NCBI RefSeq assembly: GCF_964355755.1
Contig: NC_092672.1
Span: 21,279,237 to 21,343,236 of the forward strand
Source of the DNA: Antedon mediterranea
Taxonomy: Eukaryota; Animalia; Echinodermata
DNA: 64,000 nucleotides
Reading direction: 5' to 3'
The translations under genes were made by a program, and so were the position numbers. The notes beneath the pieces were generated by a model. It saw only the letters and a list, made by a program, of their open reading frames with translations, did no database searches and was not told where the DNA came from. Below are positions 51,114-64,000 of the stretch, one piece after another; position 1 is the stretch's first letter; each line of letters starts with the position of its first letter.

Positions 51114-54103
51114 TTTTGACAATTAGGCTTAAATATAGTTGTGTGCAAAACAATATCAGTTTTTTTGTAGCAACAGTGTACAGTTATATGCTCTAATTTA
51201 AAATATAATCTTTAATGTGTATTATTATCAATACATATTGCTATATACGTTATGTTTTTTCACGCTATGGTCATAAATTTCCATTTGAAATACTTTATAA
51301 AACATTTACAATAGTGCCTTGACCATTATTTAATTAATATTATTTTTTTAAACAGTATTTAATCAAAAGGTGTATTGTCCCAAAATCATGAAAAATGAAG
51401 ATTAATTAAATCAGATTTTGAATATGTTGTTTTGTAGGGTTTTAATAAAGTAACTGTAATCACTTCCGTAGAAAAAAAAAATGTTTTCATGGTTAAATTC
51501 AACCAAAAACCCATTGGCTGGCAGCTAATTTGAACATTTTTTCATTAAAATATTTAATTTAAAATTTGTTCAGGTAAATACATTTTTTTGGATCAAATTT
51601 TTGGTCTAAATGGCACTTTCAACTAAAATGTTGTTAAGAATAATTTTTTTTTTCAGGGGGACATTGCATTTTTAACAAAAACACTTAAAATTTCACAAAC
51701 CTTCAATTGTTCTTAAATATGATTTTGTATTTTAAAAGTGCAATTTTCACAAATTTGTTTTTTAGACAAGTCACTTAAAAATGCCCTCATGATCCCTGTG
51801 TATTATAATGATCAAAGATGCTAGTTGTACTGAATATTTTAGTATTGACATGTTTTATTCATCATTTTTAGTAATGCATTTTGCCATACTCTCTTTTATT
51901 GTCAACACACTACCAACTCCGTGCACCACCTCCTTATCATTAAATAGTGAAGAGCAATGATATTAAAGGATGTAATATAGACCCATATTAGACCAATTTT
52001 TAGTTTGTGCTTATTTTTTCCATAATACAATACAAGGGCCTATACATTTTATATTACACAGTGCCCTCACTCATCACTTATTTCTTTTTTTGTTCACACT
52101 TTTAGTACCAGTGTACTGTTCAATAAAGGCCAACAAATCTGTAAAAAATTTAATTAAATTTAATTTTTTAGACCTTTTTTACGAAACACATTTTAATTGA
52201 AATAGCATTTAAAATAAAAAAAAAACAATTACCAGCATTAAACTAGAAGATGATTTCATTTCATTATTCGGTCTATTTCAGTATATGCATAAAAAAAACC
52301 TGAAGTTGGGGAGACCAGGGTCAACCTACAGTAATTAGTGAACTTAATCACTGAGCTATACGGTAATATTTGTTGTCTTAGTCTAATTTGGCATTTTTAG
52401 TCATGTGCAAATGAGACTCTATAGCTCACTATATGTCGGTCGGTAGGTCGGTCGGTAAACACTAACTCAAATTTGCGCATGTGACTGCAGCCATGTATAT
52501 GGCCTTGTTAATCATCTATTTAAATAATAATAAATACAACATAGTATAAAACTGACTCCAAATAACGAGAGGCAAGCCATGATTCAACGTTTCGATCTTT
52601 ATTTTATCATCATCAGGAATGATTACAAAATGTAAGCATTATTGTTATTATTATGGAATGTTTTATTAAATAGGTAACAGCAGTGAGCACCAGTGCTTTG
52701 CACAGTCTGTAGTATAATTAAAATGATTCCATCTTCTATCATTGTTATATTTATTCATCTTCTTCATCATTATAAGACAATAACAAACAAACTCGTTTAA
52801 ATATAAATCTACACACTGTAATGTTGGTGTTGCTACAGTTTTCATATTTTAGAACAATGACAGATTATCAATGCTTACTTTATAGCATTCATTCAAGTAT
52901 AAGCAATAATGTCAACAGTAAACTATTTGAAAATCACAATATAAAAAGATCAACTTTAATGATTTTGTAAAGCTTAATATTTGTTTATACATTCTTTTTA
53001 ATTCAAACTTTATTTATCCACAAAATATCAAAGATTAAAAATAAACTTGTTTCAAAAATGAAAAAAAATTTAAAACAGTGATCGTGCCTTTAGTTGCATA
53101 GTCATTAAGTGACACTATTTTAACTAAAATAACTAACTTAAATTTAAAGTTTAGTTAGCAAAGTTCAAAAGGATGAATTAAAACACCTAATAAAAACCTT
53201 AAAAAGAGGCTACGAGGATGCTTGTTTTTCTTGTCTTACCATTATTGAATAAATGTTATTGAATTGAAATTAAATTGAATTGAATTCACAGCCTACACAT
53301 ACTATATAAAAAGACAAAATATGATTAAAACTAAAAATGAAAAACTACAATGTGTATTCCCTTTGCGTACTGATCAGCCATTTTTTATTGTTGCAAGGTT
53401 TCAAAATGATGCAATGAACTTTACTCCGTCCATTGGATTGAATGTTAAATCTATTTTACCACACTGATGTTTATATGTGAAATCGTTAAATGTATTCAGA
53501 GTGAGATCTGACAATGTAAATTATCTTAATTAAAATCATTTACATTAGAAACTTTCAATTGTATTTCTATTATATTTTATCAATTTTAAGTGCTGTTCTT
53601 AATATACAATTGCAGTCTACCAAATCATGGAGCTATAAAGCTCAATGAGACTAAAAACTGTTAACTTATGATGTACACAGCCTATTTAATACTTAGTTGA
53701 AATGCCATTATTATACATTTTTAATCATTGATTTATTTAGAGAAATTCACCAGAAGTTTTAGAATGGTCATATCAGTAGTATTTTGATTATTTATACTAC
53801 TATAACAATATATGTTCACATTTTGTAGTAATACACTACCAACATGTATAGATAGTATTTACAATACCCATCTGAATAATTATACTACACCTTAATCTGA
53901 ATACCTTATCCAACCTGAATACAGCATTTATACAGCGAATACTGTTTTGTAGTTTCATTCCATAAAACCATAATTTAACATCAAATAAATAGTCATAAAA
54001 TTAAAATTAAATCTTCTTTATTTTAATAGATTCATCTCTTTGTTTTCTTTTGAAAAAGATTTTAATACACCAAAAAAAAAAATAAAATAAAAAAATAAAC
54101 AAA

Positions 54104-54917
54104 TCTTTATTATTGCAGTTAAACCACCCACGTGACATCATCACCCTTCCCTCACTGGCATGAGTAGCGTTGTAAAGCCAGTAGAGGATAGGCCTACGGT
54201 GCATCACATGCCCTAAACGCAGAACAACTTTGGTGGGTAGGGTTAGAAACCAACTTAAGTATGAATTGGCGCTAAGAAACAATTGAAAACCATTAGGCCT
54301 ACTAATTAAGTTGAGTTAGATAATTTAATATTATTGACGATTAAATCGAATTTATGATTTGCCACGAATAGAGGTGGTTTTCACAAATTGTTTTACATTA
54401 TATAAACATATACACGTCGTAGTGATGTATCGTTACATGTACTATACTATTTCAATCGACTAGGACGGAGATAGTTTCAACAAAGTATTACATCGCAATG
54501 TTTTACTGTGTTTAGTGGTATATTATTTGTAAAACATGAAAACAATTAATATTTCGTTACTACATGGATAAAGAATATATTAAAAAATTATTCCTCTTTG
54601 CACCCATCCTCTTTCCCATCCCTCAACCCTAATGTTACATACAAAACACAAATTAAGTTTGTTTAAATTTGACTTAAACAATTGGTCTCATTTTGTGACA
54701 AGTTTCTCTTTCGGAAGTAATTCCCAGGGTGCTAATTTTAGTTGAGTACATAAATCACAGTGTCTATTTATTCGTTCCTGTAAACGACATGTATTATTGT
54801 CCTGTGGTACGTACATTTGAAATCGCCAGTTTTTTAACGCTGAAATTATTATGTATTCGAGAACCATCTGTGAGCACGACCTAGATGGTACGCGAGCGAA
54901 GAGAGCGTACCATCTAG
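54104..54917 (+). mobile_element. Second copy of the about 810-bp non-autonomous Helitron
   Basis: Near-identical to 50305-51113 with unrelated flanks. A|TC start, hairpin and CTAG|T end, no TSD. Confidence 0.8.
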
Positions 54918-55582
54918 TACAGACAATTTCAGTAATACTGTATGGCAACAATCTTTCACCTACTCTAGTAAATTATTCTATTCTTTTTTTTTCTTTTTTT
55001 ATATCTGGTTCATCATAATTATAATTAATAATAATAATTATTTTTATTATTAAATTGTGTGATTTTTGGTAGACCTATTTAAAAAACCATTCCTTCAAAG
55101 ATGACAATATCTAATATCACAGCGATTTTAAACTGATAGGAAGATTGTGGGTTGTATAATTTATGCTGAGATATATTGGACCTATCGGATATTTTGACAT
55201 CATGAAGTAATGGTAGTGGGTAGAGATTATGTGCCCGTCCACACCCACCCATGCTTCATATAAGTTATTTAATAAGGGCGTTTAATCCTATAACCTATGC
55301 TTTATTATTATACTCTGTAGCCATCTCTATTTCAATATTGATCTACGCATGCGCACAGCTCGAATCTCAATTGAATGAAAGAAAGAATATTTTCCATAAT
55401 TTGTTATCCAATGAACCACATCATATTCTAACTTTGCTCAATTTTGTCCCAATTCAATCTGTTTCATAAGTAAATGTTATTTTTTTAACAGATGTCAGGA
55501 TTATTCTCAATTTGTAATTCAATCTAGAAATTGAAATGGAAATCTGAATCATTCAGTTAAATAACTTATAAAGAGCAGACCT

Positions 55583-55711
55583 TGTTGAACCCACAAATGT
55601 GAAAACGCCCACAAATGTGAAAACAACCACTAATGTTAAAACGCATCACCCACAAATGTGAAAACAACCACAAATGTATTTGTGGGCGTTTTTACATTTG
55701 TGGGTTCAACA
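55583..55711. mobile_element. Ginger-like MITE (129 bp)
   Basis: TGT...ACA termini, about 34-bp TIR TGTTGAACCCACAAATGTGAAAACGCCCACAAAT, internal CCACAAATGTGAAAAC repeats, 5-bp TSD GACCT. Confidence 0.75.
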
Positions 55712-56282
55712 GACCTCCCAACTATGCTGATAATGGCAAAACCAATTGTGAATATACAGAAAAAATATCCTGATATTTCTAATCCCTATTAAGACTCTCG
55801 ATAAGAAGAAAAAGAAAATATGCTAAATATCCGCACAACGTTTGTAATAAATTCATGTATTGTTTAATAATTGAAATATTGTATTTTCCGCCATTTGGCA
55901 TACCCATATTTACTATTATAAATACCAAAACCTTTACATTTTTAGTAGCGTGTTTTATGGTCTAATGTCTAAACATAGGGTTTGCCACAAAAATTGTAAT
56001 GAATGGACTATTAGTTTATGATATGTGAAAACATGGGTTTTTATATTTTATTTGCATTAAAGTGATTGTGTTGGAAATAGATTAACATCGTTACCATTTA
56101 AGATAGTTAAAACAAATTATTTTATCACATGTGAATTATGGAATTATTTTTAAGGATAAGATAAATACAGCATCACATTTTACATTTTTTTTTCTGTGCC
56201 TGCCATCACAGAAAACCAATTTCACATTTTTATCTGTAAATTAGCATTGTAAACTTGATTATTATGATTTTTTTTACCACAG

Positions 56283-56360
56283 AATGGAAACAATCCACTA
56301 CATGAATACTTGATTAATACCCCCAACCCTACTTCTGAAATAGTGAATTGTCTCATAAAG
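56283..56360 (+). CDS. Ankyrin-like exon (78 bp, phase 0), duplicate copy 1
   Basis: CACAG acceptor, NGNNPLHEYLINTPNPTSEIVNCLIK, AAG|GTACAG donor. Confidence 0.75.
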
Positions 56361-56674
56361 GTACAGTATTAACATTGCCAACTAAAATAATACAGACAAT
56401 TGTAAGAAATAGCTTACAGAAACTAATGTTTAAGTATTTGAATAAAGAAAATAATTAAAGCTTAAAACCATGTTCTTAAAGAGGGTAAGCTAGTGCTACA
56501 AGCATACCCTAGTATCAGTGAATTTATTATAATACAACCATATTTTTATGCCTGCCATAACACAGTAGGGAATTAAATTGTCAGCAGGATATCACAGAAC
56601 ATCAATTTAACATTCTTTATTTAATCAGTATTTTTAAACCTATGATTATGATTTCTTTCCATGATGAAAACTAG

Positions 56675-56704
56675 GACAATGCAATATTGGCATCGCAAAA
56701 TAAG
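56675..56704 (+). CDS. Candidate 30-bp micro-exon completing the ankyrin repeat, copy 1
   Basis: CTAG|DNAILASQNK|GTAAGG, phase 0. The QNK|GT end matches the other ankyrin exons. Confidence 0.5.
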
Positions 56705-56717
56705 GTAAGGAACAGTT

Positions 56718-58356
56718 TTGTTTTTTTCTCTTTTGTGGCGCAAACACCACTTTTATTCACATTCATATTATCTCATATTACATAAAATCGTATTATTTAA
56801 CTTGTAAATGTCGTTACAGTTCATAAGTAACATTTTTACATATATGAGTTCTGTATTACTCCTTTTTTCATTAATTTTCTTATATTTTGTTATACACTTG
56901 ACAGGATCATCATTATCATCTATCCCGTTTTAAAATAGTTCACACATTTTCATTTGTTTGTTTTCATTTTCCAACCCGGATTATACAATATATTTATATA
57001 CATGATAAAAAAAACAATAATAGCTCAGTACCACCAGTAACCCGTATCACTGTAATTCTTTTTCGGTTAATCGTATCAAATTAGAAATTATATTATCATA
57101 ATCTTATTTCTTAAAGCTACCCATTTTTCTATACTTGTTTCTTTATTGTTATATGTTTCACATTCAATGTTATATAACATATTGCTTTTAAATGAATTCC
57201 ATAAAGATTTACCCACTGGCTTATTTAGTGCAGATAACATTTTTATTCTATAAATAGTACATGCTGCAAAAGTGTAAATATAATCTATTAGCTTATCTCC
57301 CGTTCCTAGTATTAATTGTTTATATGATATATTATTGTGATTTAAACTTACAAAGATACTAAGCATTTTCCTCCAATATTTCTGAATAAATCTACAACTA
57401 AAAAACAAATGATTTTCATTTTCAATTTCTCCACATTTGTCACACGTTTGTGTTTCCTTAACTTTCCACTGATACAGCCGTTTGTTGGTAGGCAGTATTC
57501 TATGTAACATCTTATTGAATTGTGCTAGTTTCTTATCTTTCATTATACTTTCCGTAACCAAGAAGTTTTCCAATCAATGTTGTTATCATTGAAGTACTCT
57601 TCCCATTTTAGTTGTGACATTGGAATAATGGAATATTCTTTCACAAACCATGAGTATATTAGTTTGGTAGTATTAATCTCATACTTGGTCCCAACTAATT
57701 CATCATTATCATCACAATTGAAAATATCTACCTCCTTAATAATACGTTTCCATTGAATTGGTATTGCCTTAATAATGCACAAATACTCATTTAACCAGTT
57801 TGTTTTACATTGTAGTTCCACGAGTATTTCGTTTGATGTTAAAAAAGTGTTCTTATTAACAATGTCTTCAATACTGATAATGCCACTGTCAATCCAATGC
57901 TTGTAGAAAAGCGATTTTTTTTTTAGTTTAACGTAGTGGTTTCCCCACAGTTGCTCATTCATTATATCGTTATAAGTTTCAGGTTTTTTTTAGAGATTCT
58001 GTTATAATTTATGTACTTTTATCATATTTTTGTAAAACAGTGGAATTTTATCAGAATTAACATCAATAATGTTATAACATGCAATATTAAGTAAAACATT
58101 AACATCACATATTTTTTTAATATAATACATTGGAATATTTTTCCATTTAGCACCATCATCATTCATAATTCTTTTTAACCAGCCACACATGAGTGCATTA
58201 ACACGAAGAGTAAAATCAGGCATTTTAATGCCTTCCATCTCAACATCACCAATTAGAGTTTTTCTTTTTATCTTTTCCCTTTTATTGTTCCAAATAAAAT
58301 TATATATTAGATTTGTAACTTGTGTATATACATATTTCGGAACATCAGTGATATTT
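56718..58356 (-). mobile_element. 5'-truncated L1/Tx1-clade LINE (ORF2 C-terminus, 3' UTR, A-rich tail)
   Basis: Frameshifted ORFs 58002..58238, 57543..57962 and 57088..57573 (MPDF, LWGN, HRILPTN, CDKCGEIENENHLFFSC knuckle). AATAAA and A-tail at the left end; 14-bp TSD GGTAAGGAACAGTT at 56704-56717 and 58357-58370. Confidence 0.92.
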
Positions 58357-58805
58357 GGTAAGGAACAGTTGCAGAATTCTTTAGAACAATTATTTCTTTA
58401 CATGTGATTGCTATATATATGGAATTATTTTAAAAGTTTGTGTCACAATACAGCATCACAGTTTACATTTTTTCTATATATGATACATATACATAATATG
58501 ATGCTGTAATATAATGTTTATCTAAAATATTTAACAAATTGTAGAATTACAAGAACAAACATGGTTTTCTCAGTTTAGTAATAACAACGAATTATTAATT
58601 GTTCTGATGTAATTGTTCTAATTAATGTGTGACTGATATTCAGTTACTGGTATTTGAGTTCTAAATCTCTTTTTCTCACTCTTACTCAATATTCCTACAT
58701 ACATTCACTTAATACATTTCCTAAGGTTCAACAACACCAAAGCACACCCTATAGTATTAGTGAATATAATGCAGGAATCTGTAATCAATATTTGTTTACT
58801 TCATG

Positions 58806-59137
58806 TAAACGTTTGATTTCATTCTTCTATTTGTCAGACTTTTTTAGTATTTTGCATTCGTTATTATAACGTTTTTTCTGTGTCTTTATGTAACGTAATT
58901 CTTATAAACTGCAATGTTAAAAAACAATGTTTTAAAATCGTTTCGAAAATATGATCACAACTGTTCTGAAAATTGGTAATTATTTCGTTATATATAACGT
59001 TCTGTAAACGTTTTCATGCAACATTGTTCGAATATATAATTTATTTCTACACAGAAACGTTTTAGAAAAACCAAACCTTAAAAAACCCAAATGCAAACGT
59101 TTCGATTACGTTTACAAACGTTCTGTGTTTGCTGAGA
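58806..59137. mobile_element. AACGTT-rich MITE fragment at the tandem-duplication junction
   Basis: Repeated AACGTT/AATGTT motifs and terminus AAACGTTCTGTGTTTGCTGAG; the left end is missing. Confidence 0.5.
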
Positions 59138-59662
59138 TGTAGCTGGGGTCCCGTTAGGCATTTGAAATCAGCATTGCTGACTCTTATGGCAGCCATTGCA
59201 TCTAGTATCTGCCTCAGACGTATTGGCCTATGCCTTTCTTCTGGTCAAGGAGGTCACGTCTGGACGTGAGAAGCCCTTGATCAATGTTAGGACCAATCAA
59301 TGTGCTTCAAACAGTCCTGGCTGTGTTTGTATCAAACCTGTTAGGGGCGGTAATTATCGCTGTTGGTTTCGATTGAATAAAATAAAATAATAAACAAACA
59401 AATAAAGCAAACCATCTTCCCAAAGATGACAATAATTAAACATTAGTGTTTGTGTTGGAAAGATGTTAAATATTTACTTTTTTAAGATAGTTAAACAAAT
59501 TATTTTATCACATGTGAATTATGGAATTATTTTGAAGGATAGGATAAATACAGCATCACATTTTACATTTTTTTTCTGTGCCTGCCATCATAGAAAACCA
59601 ATTCACATTTTTATCTGTAAATTAGCATTGTAAACTTGATTATATGATTGTTTTTTCAACAG

Positions 59663-59740
59663 AATGGAAACAATCCACTACATGAATACCTGATTACAAC
59701 CCCCAATCCTACTTCTGAAATAGTGAATTGTCTCATAAAG
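59663..59740 (+). CDS. Ankyrin-like exon (78 bp), duplicate copy 2
   Basis: CAACAG acceptor, NGNNPLHEYLITTPNPTSEIVNCLIK, GTACAG donor. Confidence 0.75.
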
Positions 59741-60187
59741 GTACAGTATTAACATTTCCAACTAAGGTAATACAGACAATTGTAAGAAATAGCTTACATA
59801 AACTAATGTTTAAGTATTTGAATAAAGAAAATAATTAAAGCTTAAAACCATGTTCCTAAAGAGGGTAAGCTAGTGCTACAAGCATACCCTAGTATCAGTG
59901 AATTTATTATAAAACAACCATCTTTAAAGAGGGTAAGCTAGTGCTACCCTAGTATCAGTGAATTTATTATAAAACAACCATCTTAAAGAGGGTAAAGCTG
60001 GTGCTACAAGCATACCCTAGACTAGTATCAGTGAATTTATTATAATAGAACCATATTTTTATGCCTGCCATAACACAGTTGGGAATTAAATTGTCAGCAG
60101 GATGTAACAGAACATCAATTTAACATTTTTTGTTTAATCAGTATTTTTAAACCTATGATTATGATTTCTTTCCATGATGAAAACAAG

Positions 60188-60217
60188 GACAATGCAATAT
60201 TGGCATCGCAAAATAAG
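60188..60217 (+). CDS. Candidate 30-bp micro-exon, copy 2
   Basis: CAAG|DNAILASQNK|GTAAGG; the AAG acceptor is weak. Confidence 0.45.
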
Positions 60218-60690
60218 GTAAGGTACAGTTGCAGGATTTTTTAGAACAATTATTTCTTTACATGTGATTTCTATATATTATATGGAAATATTTTAAAAGT
60301 TTGTGTCACAATACAGCATCACAGTTTACATTTTTCCTATAATTATTTGATACAGATACATAATATGATGCTGTAATATAATTGTTATCTATAATGTCTA
60401 ACAAATTGTAGAATTACAAAAACAAACATGGTTTTCTCAGTTTAGTAATGACAACAAAGTATTAATTGTTCTGATATAATTGTTCTAATTAATGTGTGAC
60501 TGATATTCAGTTACTGGTATTTCAGTTCTAAATCTCTTTTTCTCACTCTTACTCAATATTCCTACATACATTCACTTAATACATTTCCTAAGGTTCAACA
60601 ACACCAAAGCACACCCTATAGTATTTGTGAATATAATGCAGGAATCTGTAATCAATATTTGTATACTTCATGATTATTATCTCTTTCCAG

Positions 60691-60801
60691 GAAGGAAACA
60701 CTGCACTGCATATATATCTGAGTCGTGGATATAATGAACCTACATTAGAAATTGTGACTTGTCTCATAAAAAATTGTTCATTAACAATATTGCAAAATAA
60801 G
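60691..60801 (+). CDS. Ankyrin-like exon (111 bp, phase 0)
   Basis: CTCTTTCCAG acceptor, EGNTALHIYLSRGYNEPTLEIVTCLIKNCSLTILQNK, AAG|GTAATC donor. Confidence 0.88.
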
Positions 60802-61655
60802 GTAATCTACAGAAAATTATTAGGAATGTTGCTGTTCTATTTTGTTGAAGAAATATTAGCGTTTGCCAATATTAAGTAATTATAACATCAGTATTAATTT
60901 CAATTAACACAAAATATCTGTTTATTTAACAAGAAAAACACTAATATACCAAATAGGTTGTCCCATCAATAATTATCTATCTGTCAGAAAACCTATCTCA
61001 TCATTTTCAAACCTATCTCATCATTTTCATGTTCTTTGTCAATAATAGGATTCTTTGCAATATTTTAGATCTTTTATTTTGTATTAATTGTAGTAGAATA
61101 CATTGACTTCCATGATCTACAATTTACCAAGCATTTTGATATAATTTTTACTTATTATTTTTACTTTTTGATATTGATTATTTACTAGCAGTAACCCGTG
61201 TTCGACACAGTCTTTTCCTGCCTTAATATGTGCTTATACTTTGCATGGGCAAGTATAATAAAAGTGCACTCTGATAAAAGTACCTTCAAGAATAAAATTT
61301 GGAACTACTGTATTTACGGACATTCATTTTGTTATATACTATCCTTCACTATGAAATATCTGTAAGCTAAAAAATGAAAGCAATACTGGATATGGAACTT
61401 TAGACTTTATTTTTGACTGTTCAGACTTTACGAAAGACGCTAAAAAAATCTGCTTGTGTAGATGATGCACGCAAATAATATATAACGAAAGTATAAAATG
61501 GGTGTTTTTCGGGTGTTTAATTATTTGATACATATAAATACAACAAAAAAGTGGACATAAATCGAAATAAAAACACATTGGTGCAGAATCACGAATTGTT
61601 AAGTTGTTTTCATGTTCAACAATATATCAAACCATTTGGAATAAGTTTTTGTTTA

Positions 61656-61887
61656 ATAATAATAATAGTTCATTCTTATATAGCGCATATAAGCATGCTC
61701 TCAATGCGCTGAGCATTATTACCCCAGTCATTTTTAGGATCAAACACGTATGGAAACATGCTTCTATAATGCAGCTACATCAGCGCAAAGTTGTGTCTTT
61801 TGATCTAATCGGGTACCCATACACCTTGGTGGAGAGAGGCAAACGTAAGTAAAGTATCTTGCCTACGGATACAAGCAATGCGGCGAG
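61656..61887 (-). mobile_element. SINE (CORE-like central domain, L2-type tail), 5'-truncated
   Basis: Minus strand has CCGTAGGCAAGATACTTTAC...TGCCTCTCTCCACCAAGGTGTATGGGTACC and ends GCGCTATATAAGAATGAAC(TAT)n. Confidence 0.7.
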
Positions 61888-64000
61888 AGTGTGTGTGTCT
61901 TCATTTACATTTTATAATTTTTTCAATGGTTTTGATATTTTTCAAATGTTTTTGTGTGCGAGATTTGTTACCTATTGGCACTTCTGTAATTAAATTGTGA
62001 TCTAGCAGTAACCCATGCCGCGCCCCACACGCAGTCTTGTTTGCCTTAATAATAATTTGCATGGTATGATTAAGTATAATAAAAGCGCACTCTTCCCGGC
62101 CCCTGACAAATTATTTTTTATTTAAACAAACAAATTGTCAAGAATAAAATTCGGAACTACTTACGTCCATTGATTTTGTTATACACGAAGTATTGTAAAA
62201 CCAGAAACTTTCGTGAGCATTAGACTTATTAAACAAATTTCGCGAGTGATTGAAATTCGTGAAAGCTTCATGCCGCAAATAAGGAAGTATTGAGTACGCA
62301 AAATTCAGTAGGAAGCATATTCCAGTACACGCACGGCTATATACTGATAGCGATAGTTGTTTGTTCATCGCGTAGGCCTACTGTCGGTAAACACAAAGGA
62401 CATCACATGCTTGTATCTTTGCGTAACCTTTTATAGCCTACACTTAGGTTGATCGTAGGTCATACGATGTATTGTTATGATAATTATCTACTCGTCCATC
62501 ATAAGGTGGTTCGTAGGGTTAGTAACCACCATTGTCATTGCCTTTAGAAGCATGGACAATGCAAAAAGTAAATTATTAATTAAAATCCTATCTAAAGCTA
62601 GAAGACGTCAATTTTTTTAGCCGCCCTACGCATCGGTTATCCTAATTTGGCTGAAAATCAGTTGGCCTCAGTTCACGCAGGGTATGAGGCTAGCCTAGTT
62701 TCAGCGGTCTACACTATAAATTATTTAATCCTACATTGGGTTAGCGAATTATAAAAACGACACCTACTGTAGGCTAGAGGGAGGATACCAACAAAATATA
62801 ACATAGGCCTTTTAAATTATTATTATGATGTGTGTAAAGAAAAAGGCTAGAATTTGGCGTGGAAACAACGTGAGTAGTGAGAACAGTTTAGTATAAGGGT
62901 AGGTTCAGACTCATGGCGTTAAAGTAGCGTTATCTATGCAAGGCGTACAGTAATCCGTGGCGTTAAAAGCCAAGGTGTTCAGACACAACGATCAACATTC
63001 CAATGCCTTACGTTTAAAACACTCCGATCAGGTCAAAGTAGATAGAACTAGAAAGCCACTCGGAGAGTGCATACCTCCGCCTACTGTAAAATTCTCCTAC
63101 ATAAGATTTCTCCGGGAAAAGATATAATATATTATATTTGTGTTTGTCTTAATGCTGTTTGTGATTTAGGCTAATTTCATTTCAAGCATGTGTATGCGAG
63201 TTTGGTGTAATGGTTATGTAACAAGCCTTTAAATTAACAATAGCTTCAGTTGACTAACAATAGAACAGTAACGCAAAAATCAAACGAGTGAATTTGAAAA
63301 TAAATTGGTTTTACTACTCGCATCAAAAAGGTGCACATTAAATCAAATTATGTTTTAAATTTACAAATCACAAATTATAACTCTTGCCTCTTGTACAAAA
63401 ATGAAGTTTTTTGGACAAGTAGTTCTCGAGAAAATGCAATTTCAGCTACTTGTTACTTTAAGACTGCTCGCCGGCTTTTGAAAAAATTCTTGCTTTAGGT
63501 ATTAGTTTTAACATGATTCAAATCCAGATGGGGTTTATAATTGGTTTAAATAATTTGTAATACAAACAAACTCCGTCATTGCAACAATGATCTTTCTAAA
63601 ATCAAGATTAACCAGGAGTTGAGGAGTGTCTTGTCTGTCTTGTGCTGATTTTCAGCGCCCCTGCCTTAACCCATGGAGTAAGCTTAACCACTCGACCAGG
63701 CGACTAATATTTTGGTCCATATCAAAGAATATGTCCATGTTAAAAGAAGACAGAATGCATACTATTTAATATATCGTACGGAAGATAAGTTTTTGTGACA
63801 TGACAAATATTTATCAATTTTACTGAAAATCAATAGGCATGTTCTGTAAGTATACCCCTATGTAAAAGGAAGGACACACGCTGGTACTAACAATAGATTA
63901 ATTTGAATAACAATAGAACAGCAACGCGAAAAACAATGGATTTGAAAAGAAATAGGTTTTTTAAAACTACTCGTATTAAAAAACCTGTACCTTAAATCAA

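Larger units (their letters stand above)
59449..60672 (+). repeat. Tandem duplicate of 56066-58805 (without the L1 insertion), including about 3 copies of a roughly 65-bp unit at 59857-60060
   Basis: Collinear near-identity. The empty L1 site TAAGGTAAGGTACAGTTGCAG is at 60214-60234. Confidence 0.92.

Overview
Eukaryotic, AT-rich, intron-dominated genomic DNA from an animal. The repeat families suggest a marine invertebrate such as an echinoderm (inference). The only host-gene signal is a plus-strand ankyrin-repeat gene with one repeat per phase-0 exon (17319, 30128, 56283+56675, 59663+60188, 60691). Its very large introns consist of paralogous duplicated blocks and transposons. Main elements: (1) a decayed CR1/L2-type LINE at 1-3290; (2) a young, near-intact Ty3/Gypsy LTR retrotransposon at 8877-14493 with a solo LTR nested in its 3' LTR and a possible second tRNA-Trp-pairing site; (3) a 14.1 kb four-level nest of DNA transposons at 34115-48229 (Zator > Kolobok > AcademH-like > PIF/Harbinger, plus a sibling 800-bp-arm foldback element), in which each of the four layers keeps its termini and TSD and, for Kolobok and the AcademH-like element, removal rejoins the interrupted reading frame; (4) a 5'-truncated L1/Tx1 LINE that duplicated a splice donor; (5) many Helitron/Helentron derivatives, MITEs and SINE or tRNA-derived fragments. 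All family assignments rest on motif and terminus recognition by eye; no searches were run.
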